Position numbers and translations under genes: made by a program
Origin: Guillardia theta CCMP2712
Lineage: Eukaryota > Protista > Cryptophyta
Length of the DNA stretch: 64,000 nt
Direction of reading: 5' to 3'
NCBI RefSeq assembly: GCF_000315625.1
Contig: NW_005434640.1
Coordinates: forward strand, 1-64,000
In this document: piece after piece, positions 42,938 to 54,168 of the stretch
Layout: the number at the start of each line of letters is the position of its first letter
How positions within the stretch are numbered: position 1 is the stretch's first letter
The notes under the pieces: model-generated
Database searches by the model: none
What the model was told of the DNA's origin: nothing
What the model saw: the letters and a program-made list of their open reading frames with translations, nothing else

Positions 42938-45901
42938 ATGGCTCAGGTAAGGCAGCGGAAGGGGCGAAGATGGAAGAAGGCGCGAGGAAAACTCCGATAT
43001 GCATGCGATGATGATGAGACATCTTCCATCATGCTAGACTCTCATCACACCCTCTCCTGGAACTTTGAGTACATGCAACCACTGTGCTCAATGCACCTAA
43101 TTGTGAATCGAATGAACTGAGGCCTTGCGATTTGTTCATCCTTGGCCTGTTTTTCTCTCATTTTGTTTGTTGTATTTGGAATTGTACAGATATGAAATAT
43201 GACCTTGTTTGCATGGTTTAGTCGTCTTGTGCTGAGGATGTTGCAGATACTAGCGGTCCCGATGCGCATACGCGAAGATGGCAGAGAGGAGCGGCGATCA
43301 GTCGTTTGCGTCTCAGTTTCTATTCAGCAAGACTCACAGAGCACGTCAACGCGTCAGCTTATGACCTTCCAGGTTGATGCGTTGATGTGCTCATGATGGT
43401 CAAGATGACGGCTGGTGCAGTTGACAGACGAGGCCGACTCCTTCTTCCTGTACACCCTCAGGATTTCGGAAGAAGAGTTCCAGAACGTGAAGAACGATCA
43501 GAGTATCTTGGTGGACTTTGCGGAGTTTCCCAACAAGTGAGCTCTGCAGTGTTCTCAAGCACACTCTTTGACCTGCGGTGCACAGATTCATGGAGCTACT
43601 AGAGTGTTGCCTGCAAAAGGATGAGGAGGAACCTCCGAAATTCACAGCGAGCTTGTTGGCGAGTGGAAACCAGGCATCACTCAACATAGTTGAGACCAAC
43701 CAGTTCAAGAATCTGACGCACCTGAGGCTAGAGATGAGGTAGAGAGTCACAGTTTTCTTCCCTGCTGAATCTCCTTCAAGGCCAGGGAACGATCATGCCG
43801 TCAAGCAGTATTTGGCTGGCGAGCTCGCTAAAGTCAAGTACGCGAGGAACTCTCTCCTTGAGCAGGTGAAAAAGTCTTGTGACATGTGAAGAACGTAAAA
43901 CCACAAATCAGCTGCGACAAGTCAACAACGAATTACAAGACAGGATGAAGGATGCGGACAAGAAGATCTCAGCGGGTGTGATTCCATCAACTTTCCTGTT
44001 CCTTTGTTCTGATCGAAAGAAATATCAGCGGAGGAAGATGCCAAGACTGCTCGCCAAGAACTCGGGGATCTGAAGTTAAGACATGCGTCAGATTGTGCGA
44101 CGTTGCGTGAACAGGCCGTAAGCCTCCAGCAACAATTGCAGCAGCAGGTGGGAAATAGCAGCATTTTGGCCGGTGCTTGACTCCGTTTCAGTCTGATGCA
44201 GATAAGAGTGAGATGTCAAAGAAGTATCAGGATAAAGAACAGAGCTTGCAGAGACAGGCAATTCTGATGAGTGTGCAAATCGTACTTCTGAGACTTGTGC
44301 AGTTGGATGAATTGAGATTGAAGTATGACTCTATTTACGACGAAAAATCGAATTTGTTGTCAGCGAACAAGGATATGCAGGGCAAAATTGAGGTGAATTT
44401 AGTTGGATGTGCAGTTTGACGTCAATGACTCCTTTTATGATCAGAGTTTAGAGAACGAGGTCAAGATCTTGAGGTAATCCCAATATCTCTGCGCATGTTT
44501 TCGCGCATGTTTTCGCTTGGAACTTATTGGTGGTTGAAGGAATGAAATACAAAAACTGCGAGAAGAAAATATGGAACTTGATAGAAACAAGCATGAAATG
44601 ACAAAGGAGCTGCATTCTAATGCTGTGAAATTATCGTCTCTGCAACAACAAGTGACCGACGGAGAATCTCTTGCTCAACAATTGAACAAGGTCAGGAAGT
44701 CTGCAGATGTTGCCTTATCTTGTTGTATTTGACTATTTGTTTTTATTTCAGCTTGTCGATTCTGCTCATGCACAAAAGTCTAACCTGGAAGAGACTCTGC
44801 GCATGGTCCGTGACCAGAACGCGAAACAGGAGGAGCAGATTCGCAACTATGGGGTGGAATTGAACAAGGCCAGCGAGAATGCAGAGAGACTGCAGAATGA
44901 ACTCAAAACCATCAAAACCAAGCTGAAAGTGAAAACTGCTGTCGTGTTGCAACAAGAGCAGGTTCCCTACTTCATCAGTGTCGACAACACCTCACTTACA
45001 TACCCCAAGGTGTTAGACGACAAGGAAAAATCTTTGCTTGATCAGCAACACCAGTGCAAATCGTTGGAACAAACAATTCTTGAGAAAGATGGAAGAATCG
45101 ATATTCTCAATGCAAAATTGAAACAGGCAGAGTCACAACTGCAAGAGGTTCAGTTGAATGGGTTTCATGCTCGTCAATGACTTTGTACTTCAGGCCGAAA
45201 AGACTCTTGCGAGCAATCAGAATGTGATTGCGTGGCTGAACAAAGAAGTAAATCCCTTCTGCATGCTTCGAATCACGTACTAAACCATGCTTTCCCCAGA
45301 TAAATGATGCCCAAATGAGCACCCGAGGTGCATTTAGGTACAGCTTTTTCTTTCCGTATCGCCCCTCCTTTGTCATTGTTGTGACTAGCTTGGTACAGTG
45401 CTTCAAATTTCAAACCGACTCTCCCACCTTCTGGACTGTCTTCTTCTCCTGGTCCCAGTCCTCCAGCTAGAGAGATATTCTCGTTTGACTTTGGTATGGC
45501 AGGTGCATACAATCCATCCAAGCCGCTGATCAGTAACCAAGAAGCTCACTCTCCAAAGTACCAGTTGAGGTTCATAGTGCACCGTCGTCAAGTTCTCCAC
45601 TTACGCACTTTGTAGCTCTATGTCTATGACCGGAAACATTGCACCTTACCGCAATCCTGAGTCGTTTTCAAAGGGCAAAAGCTCCTACTTCAGGTATACC
45701 GAAGCACGCCTGCTTGCCTTGATTGATTCGTGTATCCTCAGCGATGAAGCATACTCGACCTCCAAGGCTGGCAACGCTCGACCGGACTCCTCCACCTTGT
45801 CATCTGGTGTCTCGAGCTTCACTTCTGCTGCCCGAGCCGAGACTCTCACGCCGCTGCGACACGTGGAGTACAAAGTTCAACAGCCTGTAATGGCTGAGTA
45901 G
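42938..45901 (+). CDS. SAS6: Centriole cartwheel protein SAS-6
   Basis: Head domain LTDEADSFFLYTLRISEEEFQNVKNDQSILVDFAEFPNK|FMELLECC...IVETNQFKNLTHLRLEM|RPGNDHAVKQYLA (PISA motif), followed by a long coiled coil and an S/P-rich tail; many ~45-60 nt introns. Confidence 0.92.
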
Positions 45902-45979
45902 CCTACCGTACTTAGCGCGCGAGCTCAGAGCTCATATGACTAACACCATGTTCACTATTAATTGATGAAAAGTTTGTTT

Positions 45980-46285
45980 GACCGTACCGTATCATGTACT
46001 ACGGTTTGTCCGGTGACTCGCTGCTTCACACAGAGTCACCTGGTTCCCGCCCTCCCCAGCAACGGGGGCCGTTGGACACCGTCACGGACGGTGGGCCGGG
46101 CGCTGTACGGCGGACTCAGGGCCTTCCGGAGTCCCGGACGAACTCAGCGGACTATGGCGTGTCAAGCCGCTGAGCCACCGCCTCTCAATGATCAGGCTCC
46201 GACCTCCCAGTCCTGATTCAGTGTCCTCAGTCCGACCGTCCGAGTGGCCGTACTGATATTTAATTAACTTAACTTTGAGTAAAGA
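45980..46285. repeat. Intergenic palindromic-word island ending in TTAACTTAACTTTGAGTAAAG
   Basis: GTAC, GAGTCA, CCGG and GACTCAG words. Confidence 0.65.
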
Positions 46286-46343
46286 TAGCAGCAAGGATAA
46301 AAGGAATGGCTTGACCGGGCGCATTGAGGCCAGGGAAGGCGAG

Positions 46344-47661
46344 ATGGCGGGAAGGGAGAGCCTGCTCCTGATGCAGCTCGTCATGCTGCTCGTGCTCCTG
46401 TCAGCTCATGGCACATCTGAACCTCATGTGGGGAAGCATGGCTATCAAGCCTTGAGGTGCGGCAGAGGAACCGGTCTTGCCTTGAGGGGAGGTGGCCAGG
46501 TAGCGAGTGGGGAGGAGCTGCATGGAAATGTTGTGGCGGCGGGGAATCATGGAGACGAACCTGAGGAGGAGGAATACATCCAAGGGAAGACTTTCTGGAG
46601 CTTTCCAGGAGAGAACTTCATGAACAACGCAACAGCACTCTATGCCACACAGGAGGAGGCCCACGTAACTCAAGAGATGAAGCTCATGTATGAAATCATG
46701 TACTCCAGTCAAGGTAAAGATGGGTAAAGATGCTGTGCCGACGGTAACTGTGCCGATGGCTTGTTCTGGCAGAGATCAACAAGAGCCTCGTCGACATGGA
46801 GGGAGCTGAAGACTGGCTGATCCAGCTGGACGCTTCCTGCACAAGGTTCATATCCAGCATGTGGTACCTAGCGGCAAAGAAGTTCGATGAGTTGGAGCTC
46901 GCACATGTCATGACGAGGTATTGCTTTGCCGGCTCTTCTGATCCTCAACCATGCTCTGGCAGGCCAACGTCCGTTCCATCTGTGAGTGCTTCAAAGAAGA
47001 ACTTCCTCGCTGTCTTGGAGCACGTTCTCGACGCTGCCTCGGGCAAAGACTGCGAGGAAGAGCACGAGTGTTTTCTTGCTAAGCACCTCCTTCTGAGTAG
47101 CACAACAGACATGGCCATGGCTAACTTCCGTTGTCACCTCTACCATTTTCGCGCTGCATGGACAGAAAGCATGAAGAACGCAACTCACAGGGAGGACTTG
47201 ATCCGGAGGGTGCAGAGCAAGGTCTTCAGTTTAGCCCTGGGAAAAGTCCTTGGCAGCTCAGGCGAGTCCCCTGTGGGCCGGAGCTCGTTCCAAGCTTTGC
47301 TGCTTGCTCTAAGAAACAGCTCCGGCTCTAGGGATGACAGCGAGCAGGCCTCGACCGCGAAGAGGAGGCTGAAAGGGCCGTTCGAACGAGCCGTCGACAG
47401 GATCTTTGACGCAGAGGATGCAACTTTCAAAGAGATGAGACAACGATGGGAACGAATCGTCAATCCTGACGGGAAGGGGTGAGTAGAAGCTGAATTTCCT
47501 TGAATCTCACTTGCATTGGTTTCTCCTCGGGAAAGGTCGTGAGAGTCCTTGGCAGGTATTGTCACTCTTCTCAGCCGCTTCCCCACCCTGTTGATCATTC
47601 CGATGAGGCCGAGCCAATTACTAAAACGAAGGCTACGGCCGGCTTGCATGCAGAGTGGTAG
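46344..47661 (+). CDS. Signal-peptide hypothetical protein with an LRGG motif after the presequence
   Basis: MAGRESLLLMQLVMLLVLLSAHG...LALRGG; exons ~46344-46713, ~46773-47478 and ~47556-47661. Confidence 0.6.
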
Positions 47662-48010
47662 GGGGCCGCCGCGCGGCAGCCGGGCGGGGTCCCGGCGGGG
47701 TGCCCTGCCCGGCCGCCGGGCCGCGAGCGGCCTCCGACGGCGGACTCCCGGCTGGCAGGCTGCGGCCAAGGCAACCCGGCGAGGGCCGACTGACAGTGAG
47801 CTCTGGCAAGCCCAGACAATTCAGCTTCATCCACGATCTGGAGGAGAGCGAGAGGAACTTCGAAGAGGCTCAAGGACAACGCGGCGCGCCGCACGGAGTC
47901 CGATCGGATCGTATCATCCGATCATCGGGCACTGGCAGCCTGGCCTGACTCTCAGTCACGCCGGGTCGGGGGCGGCCCGGCCGGGCCGGGCCACTGAGCG
48001 GCAGCCGCTT
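47635..48010. repeat. Palindromic-word island directly at the 3' end of the preceding gene
   Basis: CCGG/GGCC-dense, with CCGATCGG. Confidence 0.7.
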
Positions 48011-48439
48011 TTGCAGTTACCAAACCGTTATCAATTTGCAACCCCCAATTTTATACGTAAAGGTCGGCGCTGATAATGGGGGGCTGTTTGGTCGTAACAT
48101 GCAGCCAGCAAGTCAGAAGATGGTGAATGCGTGAAGAGAGATGTACGCAAGATGAAATATAGCTCTAGATCAGGACAATCTTACTTGCTCTCCTACACTC
48201 ACTGCGTCATGAATAGCGAGTAGTGCTCAAACTGTTGTGTCGATTGCCGTTTCCTCTGCAGGTTCTGACTGTATGAAAGATACGAGAAATAGGAGCAACA
48301 GAATGGAAGATGGAGGATCTGCAGATTGAGAAACTTAGATCAGTAGGTGAAAAATGCGATCGTTCACGGAATCTTGAATCTTAGCTTTTCTAATTTTATT
48401 CCACATCGTTGACCTTCTCATAACTCTCAACTTCCTAGG

Positions 48440-48956
48440 ATGGAAAAAACTCACGCTGTCGTCGCCCTCGTCCTTTTGGCTTCCATTGGATTGGTACAGT
48501 CCTTCTCTGTCAATGGTATAGAACGCTATGCTGATCCTCCATGCTGAAATCTTTACCTGAACAGCCCCGGCATTTGGGCTCAAGTCCTGCAACTTCGCCA
48601 CCATGAAGTGCGAGCGGGTGATGATTGTAATGACTCTTGCTCTTGTAACAAGCTCGCAGTCAAGCCTGGTCCGGCCTCTCAGGATGGCTGATGAGCCGCT
48701 CTATGAGGACGATATCGACGCCCCACCCACAAAACCTGGGGTGAAGCAGGGCGGCATCAGCGACAGCATGCGAGCGAAGCTGCTCAAGGAGAACCAGGCG
48801 CTCGGTGGCGACCCTGATGCTGCGTGAGTGCATCCGATTTTTGTTCTAGCTGGGCTGCTGATGAGTGAACTTACCAGGTCTGTGAACTGGGCCGTCGTCT
48901 TCGCTGTGATCATTGGATCGCTTGCCGTCGTCGGCAACTTGTTTGGAGCCTTTTAA
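48440..48956 (+). CDS. Small plastid-targeted protein with a single C-terminal TM helix
   Basis: Bipartite presequence MEKTHAVVALVLLASIGLVQS-F (Phe at +1) and a transit peptide; mature MADEPLYEDD...SDSMRAKLLKENQALGGDPDA|ASVNWAVVFAVIIGSLAVVGNLFGAF; 3 short introns. Confidence 0.75.
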
Positions 48957-49442
48957 TGTTCTTTAGCCTCTACCATGAGGGCCATTTTATTCTAAAGATG
49001 CCTTGCTTGTGGAGCCTCATTGTTGAATGGGCAGTGCCCCAGTATCAACATGAACCTTTTTGCGAACTGCTTCACCATGAAACTTCCGGCCCATGATCAG
49101 CAGGACTTGCTTATTACCAATACTTTTGATATATGTGGTGCACTCGATGCTTTCGGCTACAGGAACCAGCATTCCAGACCTGACAGCATTAAGGATCTTC
49201 GATCAACTCCTATGCGCATGGCTTTGGAAAAGCTTTCTAGCACAAAATGCGTTTTACTGAAATTGGCCATATGAGGATAAAATACAAGAAATAACTCTTT
49301 TGGTAGCCAGTCGACCAAAGAGAGGCGGCAGCTACCTCTACAACTATAAGAAGTGGGCTATGTTACAAGTCGGGTTGAAATTCCAAAAAGCACGCATGTC
49401 AAAACAGAAATCAGCATATCTTCGTATCTTCGTTAAATGCAT

Positions 49443-50130
49443 TTAAGGGGCGTCGTCCATGTTAGCATCTTCCACAAACCATTTGATGAACGACTGCTCC
49501 AATGGAACATCCTCAAAATCTTTCAGCCCCTCAGCCACGTCGTTGTCATTGCTCTCCTGACTTGACCACGACTCAGTCCTCATTGTCGTATTGTCTGCGT
49601 CGGTCCGGGACCATTCTGAGGAGCTGTCGTTATCAAGTTCCTCGTCCTCTTGATCGTCTGCGTCAGGTGCTGACTTGACATGAAGCTCGATCTCAGGCGA
49701 TGGCTCGTCATCCACCAACTTCCGTGTCGAGGCATGGGCTCTGTCCTTGCTCAATTCAGGCGGAGATGACGAGTTGATGTCAAATCTCGGGCGCTGCCTC
49801 GAATATGGCCATCTTGTCACTCCAAGTCGTCTACAAGCCTTCTTCATGGCAGTGAGAGAGATTCCCTGTTTGATTGTCAGTAACAAATTTCAGCAGAAGA
49901 ACGTGACAGAATCTCACCAAGAGCTGGGCTGCTTCAACCTGTCTCAAGTGGAACAAATTCTTCACGTCCTCCAGGGAAAGACTTCTTGCAGTGTAAAGAT
50001 CTCGTGCTTTAGCCTTCTTCTTTTGTGGAGATGAAAGATCGCTAGATGGGGATTCCGGTAGGGTTGAAACCAGGAAATTTTTGAAGGTACAAGATCCAGA
50101 GGATTGAGGTTCTTCTGTTGCTACACACAT
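49443..50130 (-). CDS. RWP-RK domain transcription factor
   Basis: LSLEDVKNLFHLRQVEAAQLL|GISLTAMKKACRRLGVTRWPYSR with intron 49866-49917; TATATAAA on the minus strand at 50302-50309. Confidence 0.9.
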
Positions 50131-50739
50131 TCTTTCTGGAAGATACCGGCAAACTCGATGTTCAACAGTGTCGCTGGTGGAAACGAGAGGGAGGGAGGGG
50201 AGCGAAAAGTGACGGGAACGATATGCAGGGGCCGAGTATGCCGGGAGAGAACACAGGAACAAGTTGAGGGCAGCAGGAGCAAGTCAGCAGGGGAGAACCC
50301 CTTTATATATAGCTTCCCTCTCACCTTCCAAAGGCATCCCCGAAAACGAGGGTTTTCGGGAGCAGTACGCGAAATCACTCCTCTTCAACCGCTGGGAGGA
50401 CGCGTCTCCTCGAAGATCTCAACGATTCGGAGTAGGCGCGCTCTTACGTCCTCTGGAGAGGTCGTACCAACCCCAACTTCTCCCCGAATTCTACGGCCCG
50501 GTACCCCTCCCCCCAATCTTGCCTACCCCTACCCCCCTAGGCAAGAACACGGCAGCTCATGGCCTTGTTTTGAGGGCCCTCTATCTTTCTGATCCATCTC
50601 ACGATAAATATGGTACCCCCTCCCCCTCACTTGAGGGGAATAGCACCCCACCCCCTCAGCGCGAGGTCACCAACATCTCCCCGCTGACTTCATCTACGGC
50701 TGACCTTTTTTGCTTCAAGAAACCAAACTTGAAAGGTAC

Positions 50740-51660
50740 TAGTGTCTAGTACCGGCATCTTTTAGTACTCAAAGTACCGACATGACCTTGCATGGCATGC
50801 ATGATGTCCACAGCTGTCCAGACGAGAATCGATGATCACGCTCGTCACAGAGCGGCTCGGTGACCGGGCGTACCGTACGGTCACTCACCGTACCCGGTAG
50901 GGCCGCCGGACTCGGGAACCGTACTACTAGTCGGCCCGGGGCCAGTCACACTTCAGTTCACAGAGTCAAGTGTTACGCCGCCGGCCGGCGGTCGGAGTTT
51001 CGGATTCCGACGGCGGACCGTGCCCGTGAAGTTCCGCCGGCCCGGCCGAGGGCCCGGGCAGGGGCCGCCGGAGTTTCGGAGTTGGTTTGTATTAACTTTC
51101 AACTTTACTTTCACTCATCTTGGCAAACTTCGTTACTATCCGACAATTTACAGCTGAAAAATCCGTACCGGCGGAGTCCCGGATCCGGTGACTCTGACTC
51201 AGTCACCCGACGCCGGCACTGCGGCCTCCGGGAGTCCGGACCGTACTACGGGCACGGTACGGTACCACTCGGAGCCCGGGCTAGTACGGTGAGTCAAGTT
51301 CGGAGTTGGTTTGTATTAATTTTCAACTTTACTTTCACTCAACTTGGCAAAGTTAATTTACCGTTCAGAAAAATCCGGGACGGTACGGTGGCGAGTCTGA
51401 CTCCGCCGCTCGCGAGGACCGTGAATTGAATGAGGGGGAGAGAAGACTCGCCGGCGTCGCACTGTCCGATCAACCAACGTCAACCGGCCTCATGACCTGC
51501 CGACCGATCGGACTGATGTCCTACAGTACCGTACCGTCGTACGGTACCGTAGTACGGTACTACTGATGCACTGGGCCGCGAGCCAGGGGCCGCCCGGAGT
51601 TTCGGAGTCGCCGTGCCCGGCCGGGAACTTTCGGAACTTTCGACAGTGCACCTTGCAATT
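50740..51660. repeat. Intergenic palindromic-word island with an internal imperfect direct repeat (51074-51164 and 51298-51376)
   Basis: TTCGGAGTTGGTTTGTATTAA(C/T)TTTCAACTTTACTTTCACTCA(T/A)CTTGGCAAA occurs twice; GTACCGTACCGTCGTACGGTACCGTAGTACGGTAC at ~51526-51560. Confidence 0.85.
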
Positions 51661-52059
51661 TGCGATCATCAACTTAGTTTGCTCCTGAAACTTTTTAAGA
51701 TCTCAAAGTTTGCGCATTGAGGTTCGAAGCGTTTCGAATTGCCAGATTGGTCAGGCCATGAGGTATCGTGACATGAAGGCTTCGTTGTCGTGGCCATCTC
51801 AGGGAGGGGTCCTTTCATCCCCTTCAGTACCGCACCCCACCTCTCCACGACATAGCGAAAGGCCACGATTTCGCTGTCTGTTTAAGAACATTTTAATTTC
51901 AAGGGCGTAATATGTCTCCGCTAAGGGGGCGGAGGGACGTATTTTGGGGGGTGGTTTGAAAGGGAAGGGGGAGGGTGCTCAGCGGCTGAGCTCGGTTATA
52001 AAAACCAATTAGGTGGACGAGCTGGCCAGGGAAGTAGTGAAGTCGGGCAGCACAGGAGC

Positions 52060-52842
52060 ATGGACGCTACAACGGAGAGAAGATTCGTTGTCGGAACTGA
52101 TGCTGGGATCAAGAAGGCAAACGTCCCTGCTCTGCGACTGGTATCGCGGGACAGATCTCTGAGCCTTTCGGAGGCAGCGAAGAAGCAGCTGCAGGCTCTT
52201 GGCGCAATCGACGACTTTGAGGGCAACGTGAATATCGAGTCTCCTTTTGATCTCAACGTCGACCACCGCAAGCGCAAAACGTTCAAGGACGAGGACGAAA
52301 TGGCTTCCTGGATACAGGACATGTTTCTAGGATATAGGTCTCCGAACACATCTCCCAGGCGTTATTTGCACCATCTCGATCACCCCTCGGTGAAGTCCAG
52401 CGCAGAAAACCATACAAGGAGAACGGGAAAGGCTGGAAGAGAAGAAAAATCTTCTTCAAACGATATGTTTAGCGCTCCCGTGGCTGAAATTTTGAAAGGA
52501 ACCCTGGAGATCCGTGACTCGATCGAGGCGGACAGGGGGATGAAGGTGCACTGTTCCCTCACCGCCGACGGCCTCCAGATCTCTTCGGCTGAAGAAGCGA
52601 AAGAGATGGGAAACTTGAAACTAGAAGAAACATTCGTGACGGTCTTTGAAGAGCATGAATGCCTGTTCATGCTCGGGACTAGGAGGTCCTCATTGCTTTC
52701 GAAGAACAAGACCCAGGAGAAGGACTGGATCTTCTTCGCGTGCGCCAACGAGCTTGAGAAGAAGGCATGGGTCAGGAACTTGCAAAACAGCGGATCAAGA
52801 CTTTATCGAGGAAATGCAAAGGACATGTCTCGGATCAAGTAG
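52060..52842 (+). CDS. Intronless protein with a C-terminal PH-like domain
   Basis: ILKGTLEI...HCSLTADGLQI...GNLKLE...LFML...IFFACANELEKKAWVRNL fits the PH pattern; TATAAAA at 51997-52003. Confidence 0.7.
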   Translation: MDATTERRFVVGTDAGIKKANVPALRLVSRDRSLSLSEAAKKQLQALGAIDDFEGNVNIESPFDLNVDHRKRKTFKDEDEMASWIQDMFLGYRSPNTSPRRYLHHLDHPSVKSSAENHTRRTGKAGREEKSSSNDMFSAPVAEILKGTLEIRDSIEADRGMKVHCSLTADGLQISSAEEAKEMGNLKLEETFVTVFEEHECLFMLGTRRSSLLSKNKTQEKDWIFFACANELEKKAWVRNLQNSGSRLYRGNAKDMSRIK

Positions 52843-53061
52843 TTGGAATATGTAGATTCCCCAACTATCTTACATTATTTTTCCTGTACTCATACTCTTA
52901 CTGTTACCAAGTAAACTTCTACGCCATATGAACAGTGTGAAGAAAATCATCATTTCCCTGTACGGGATCGCCAAACATTCAGACGCTAATGCGGCAACCT
53001 TCTCAAGATACCTGACCTCGAGAAAGAAGGCTATGCAGCTTGAAAGCCTCTTGAGGCATCT

Positions 53062-53120
53062 ACTATCAAACTCCGCTGATGACAGACTATCAAACTCCGC
53101 TGATGACTATCAAACTCCGC
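53062..53120. repeat. Short tandem triplication ACTATCAAACTCCGC(TGATG)
   Basis: Three adjacent copies with 20-24 nt period. Confidence 0.9.
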
Positions 53121-53327
53121 CGAGGAAGGTGCCACAGTAATGAAGAACCTTTTCGAATGTGCAAAACACAAATGATACATATTTTGAAGTATTGGCACAA
53201 AGAGTATTCGGAGAGATCGAAATAATTGTTTATTGTGCCACATTAGAATCTAAGGTGTGAAGTGTACACACGTGCTCATGAGAGACACGTTTCAAGTATA
53301 TAACGCATTAGGCGTGATAAAAACATG

Positions 53328-53537
53328 TCACATCTGGCATGACAAAGACCTCTCTAGTCTAGGCTCTAGTTGAAACTTCCTTCCTGGCAGCGATCTGTCG
53401 ACACTTTCGCAAGCATCGTCAGAGCTGATCTTCTTAGCAGGCTTCCTATGCACGTTCCTCAGCCATGCCATGCATCTCATCATGAATTTTTTTGACGCTC
53501 CTGCCTTGTCGCGCATGTGAGATTGCTTGCTCATCAT
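53328..53537 (-). CDS. Small basic hypothetical protein (69 aa)
   Basis: ATG ORF with upstream TTATAA (53731-53736), a pyrimidine-rich leader and a TACCC cluster (53765-53850). Confidence 0.45.
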   Translation of the reverse strand: MMSKQSHMRDKAGASKKFMMRCMAWLRNVHRKPAKKISSDDACESVDRSLPGRKFQLEPRLERSLSCQM

Positions 53538-54168
53538 TCAATCTCGTTCTCGTCTTGTCGTTGGATTGAGGACGAGCGCCCGTTTCTTTGACGAGAGAAT
53601 AATGGAGGCGTGAATGAGGGATGGAAGGAGCAGGGATCAGGTGGAAGGATCAGGAGGAAGGATCAGGAACAGCAGCAGGAGCAGCAGGAGCAGCAGGAGA
53701 AGGGGTTGGCAGAGGGATAGGGTCTCGTGCTTATAACAGGTCACATTTGCCTCCTTGGCGAGATATACCCCACCCTAATTCTTGAGTACCCACCCTTAAT
53801 GTACACAGAAATTTGATGTAAAATTCACCCCATTTCTTCTACCCCTACCACCTCAATGGATTTGAAACTGAGGGTCGGGAGGTTGAGGCTGCTTGAGGTG
53901 AGAAGGGACGAGGCTGCGACCGTTGAAGGAGTCGAAGGCGAAGGGTGAGGAGATGAAGAGGGCAGGGAGAGGGAGGTGAACTCGTCTCCTTTCAGTATCA
54001 CTCCGCGTTGCAGCGTCGCTACTCAGGTCGAATTACACGTAACTTGCAGGGGTCAACGATCTAGTCACGGTAGCGAAAACTCCGTCGCGGCGGCCCAGCC
54101 GGCCTGCGGCGGCCCCGGCGACTGGTGACGTCGGCGGACGGTACAGTGAGCTGTCATGTGCTGTGAGC

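Noticed and set aside
20875-45901. Functional cluster of flagellar or centriolar genes (IQ coiled-coil protein, SAS-6)
   Set aside because: The genes are separated by unrelated genes, and the ciliary role of the IQ protein is unproven.
53062-53120. CRISPR-like repeats
   Set aside because: Three adjacent copies without unique spacers, no cas genes, and a eukaryotic context.
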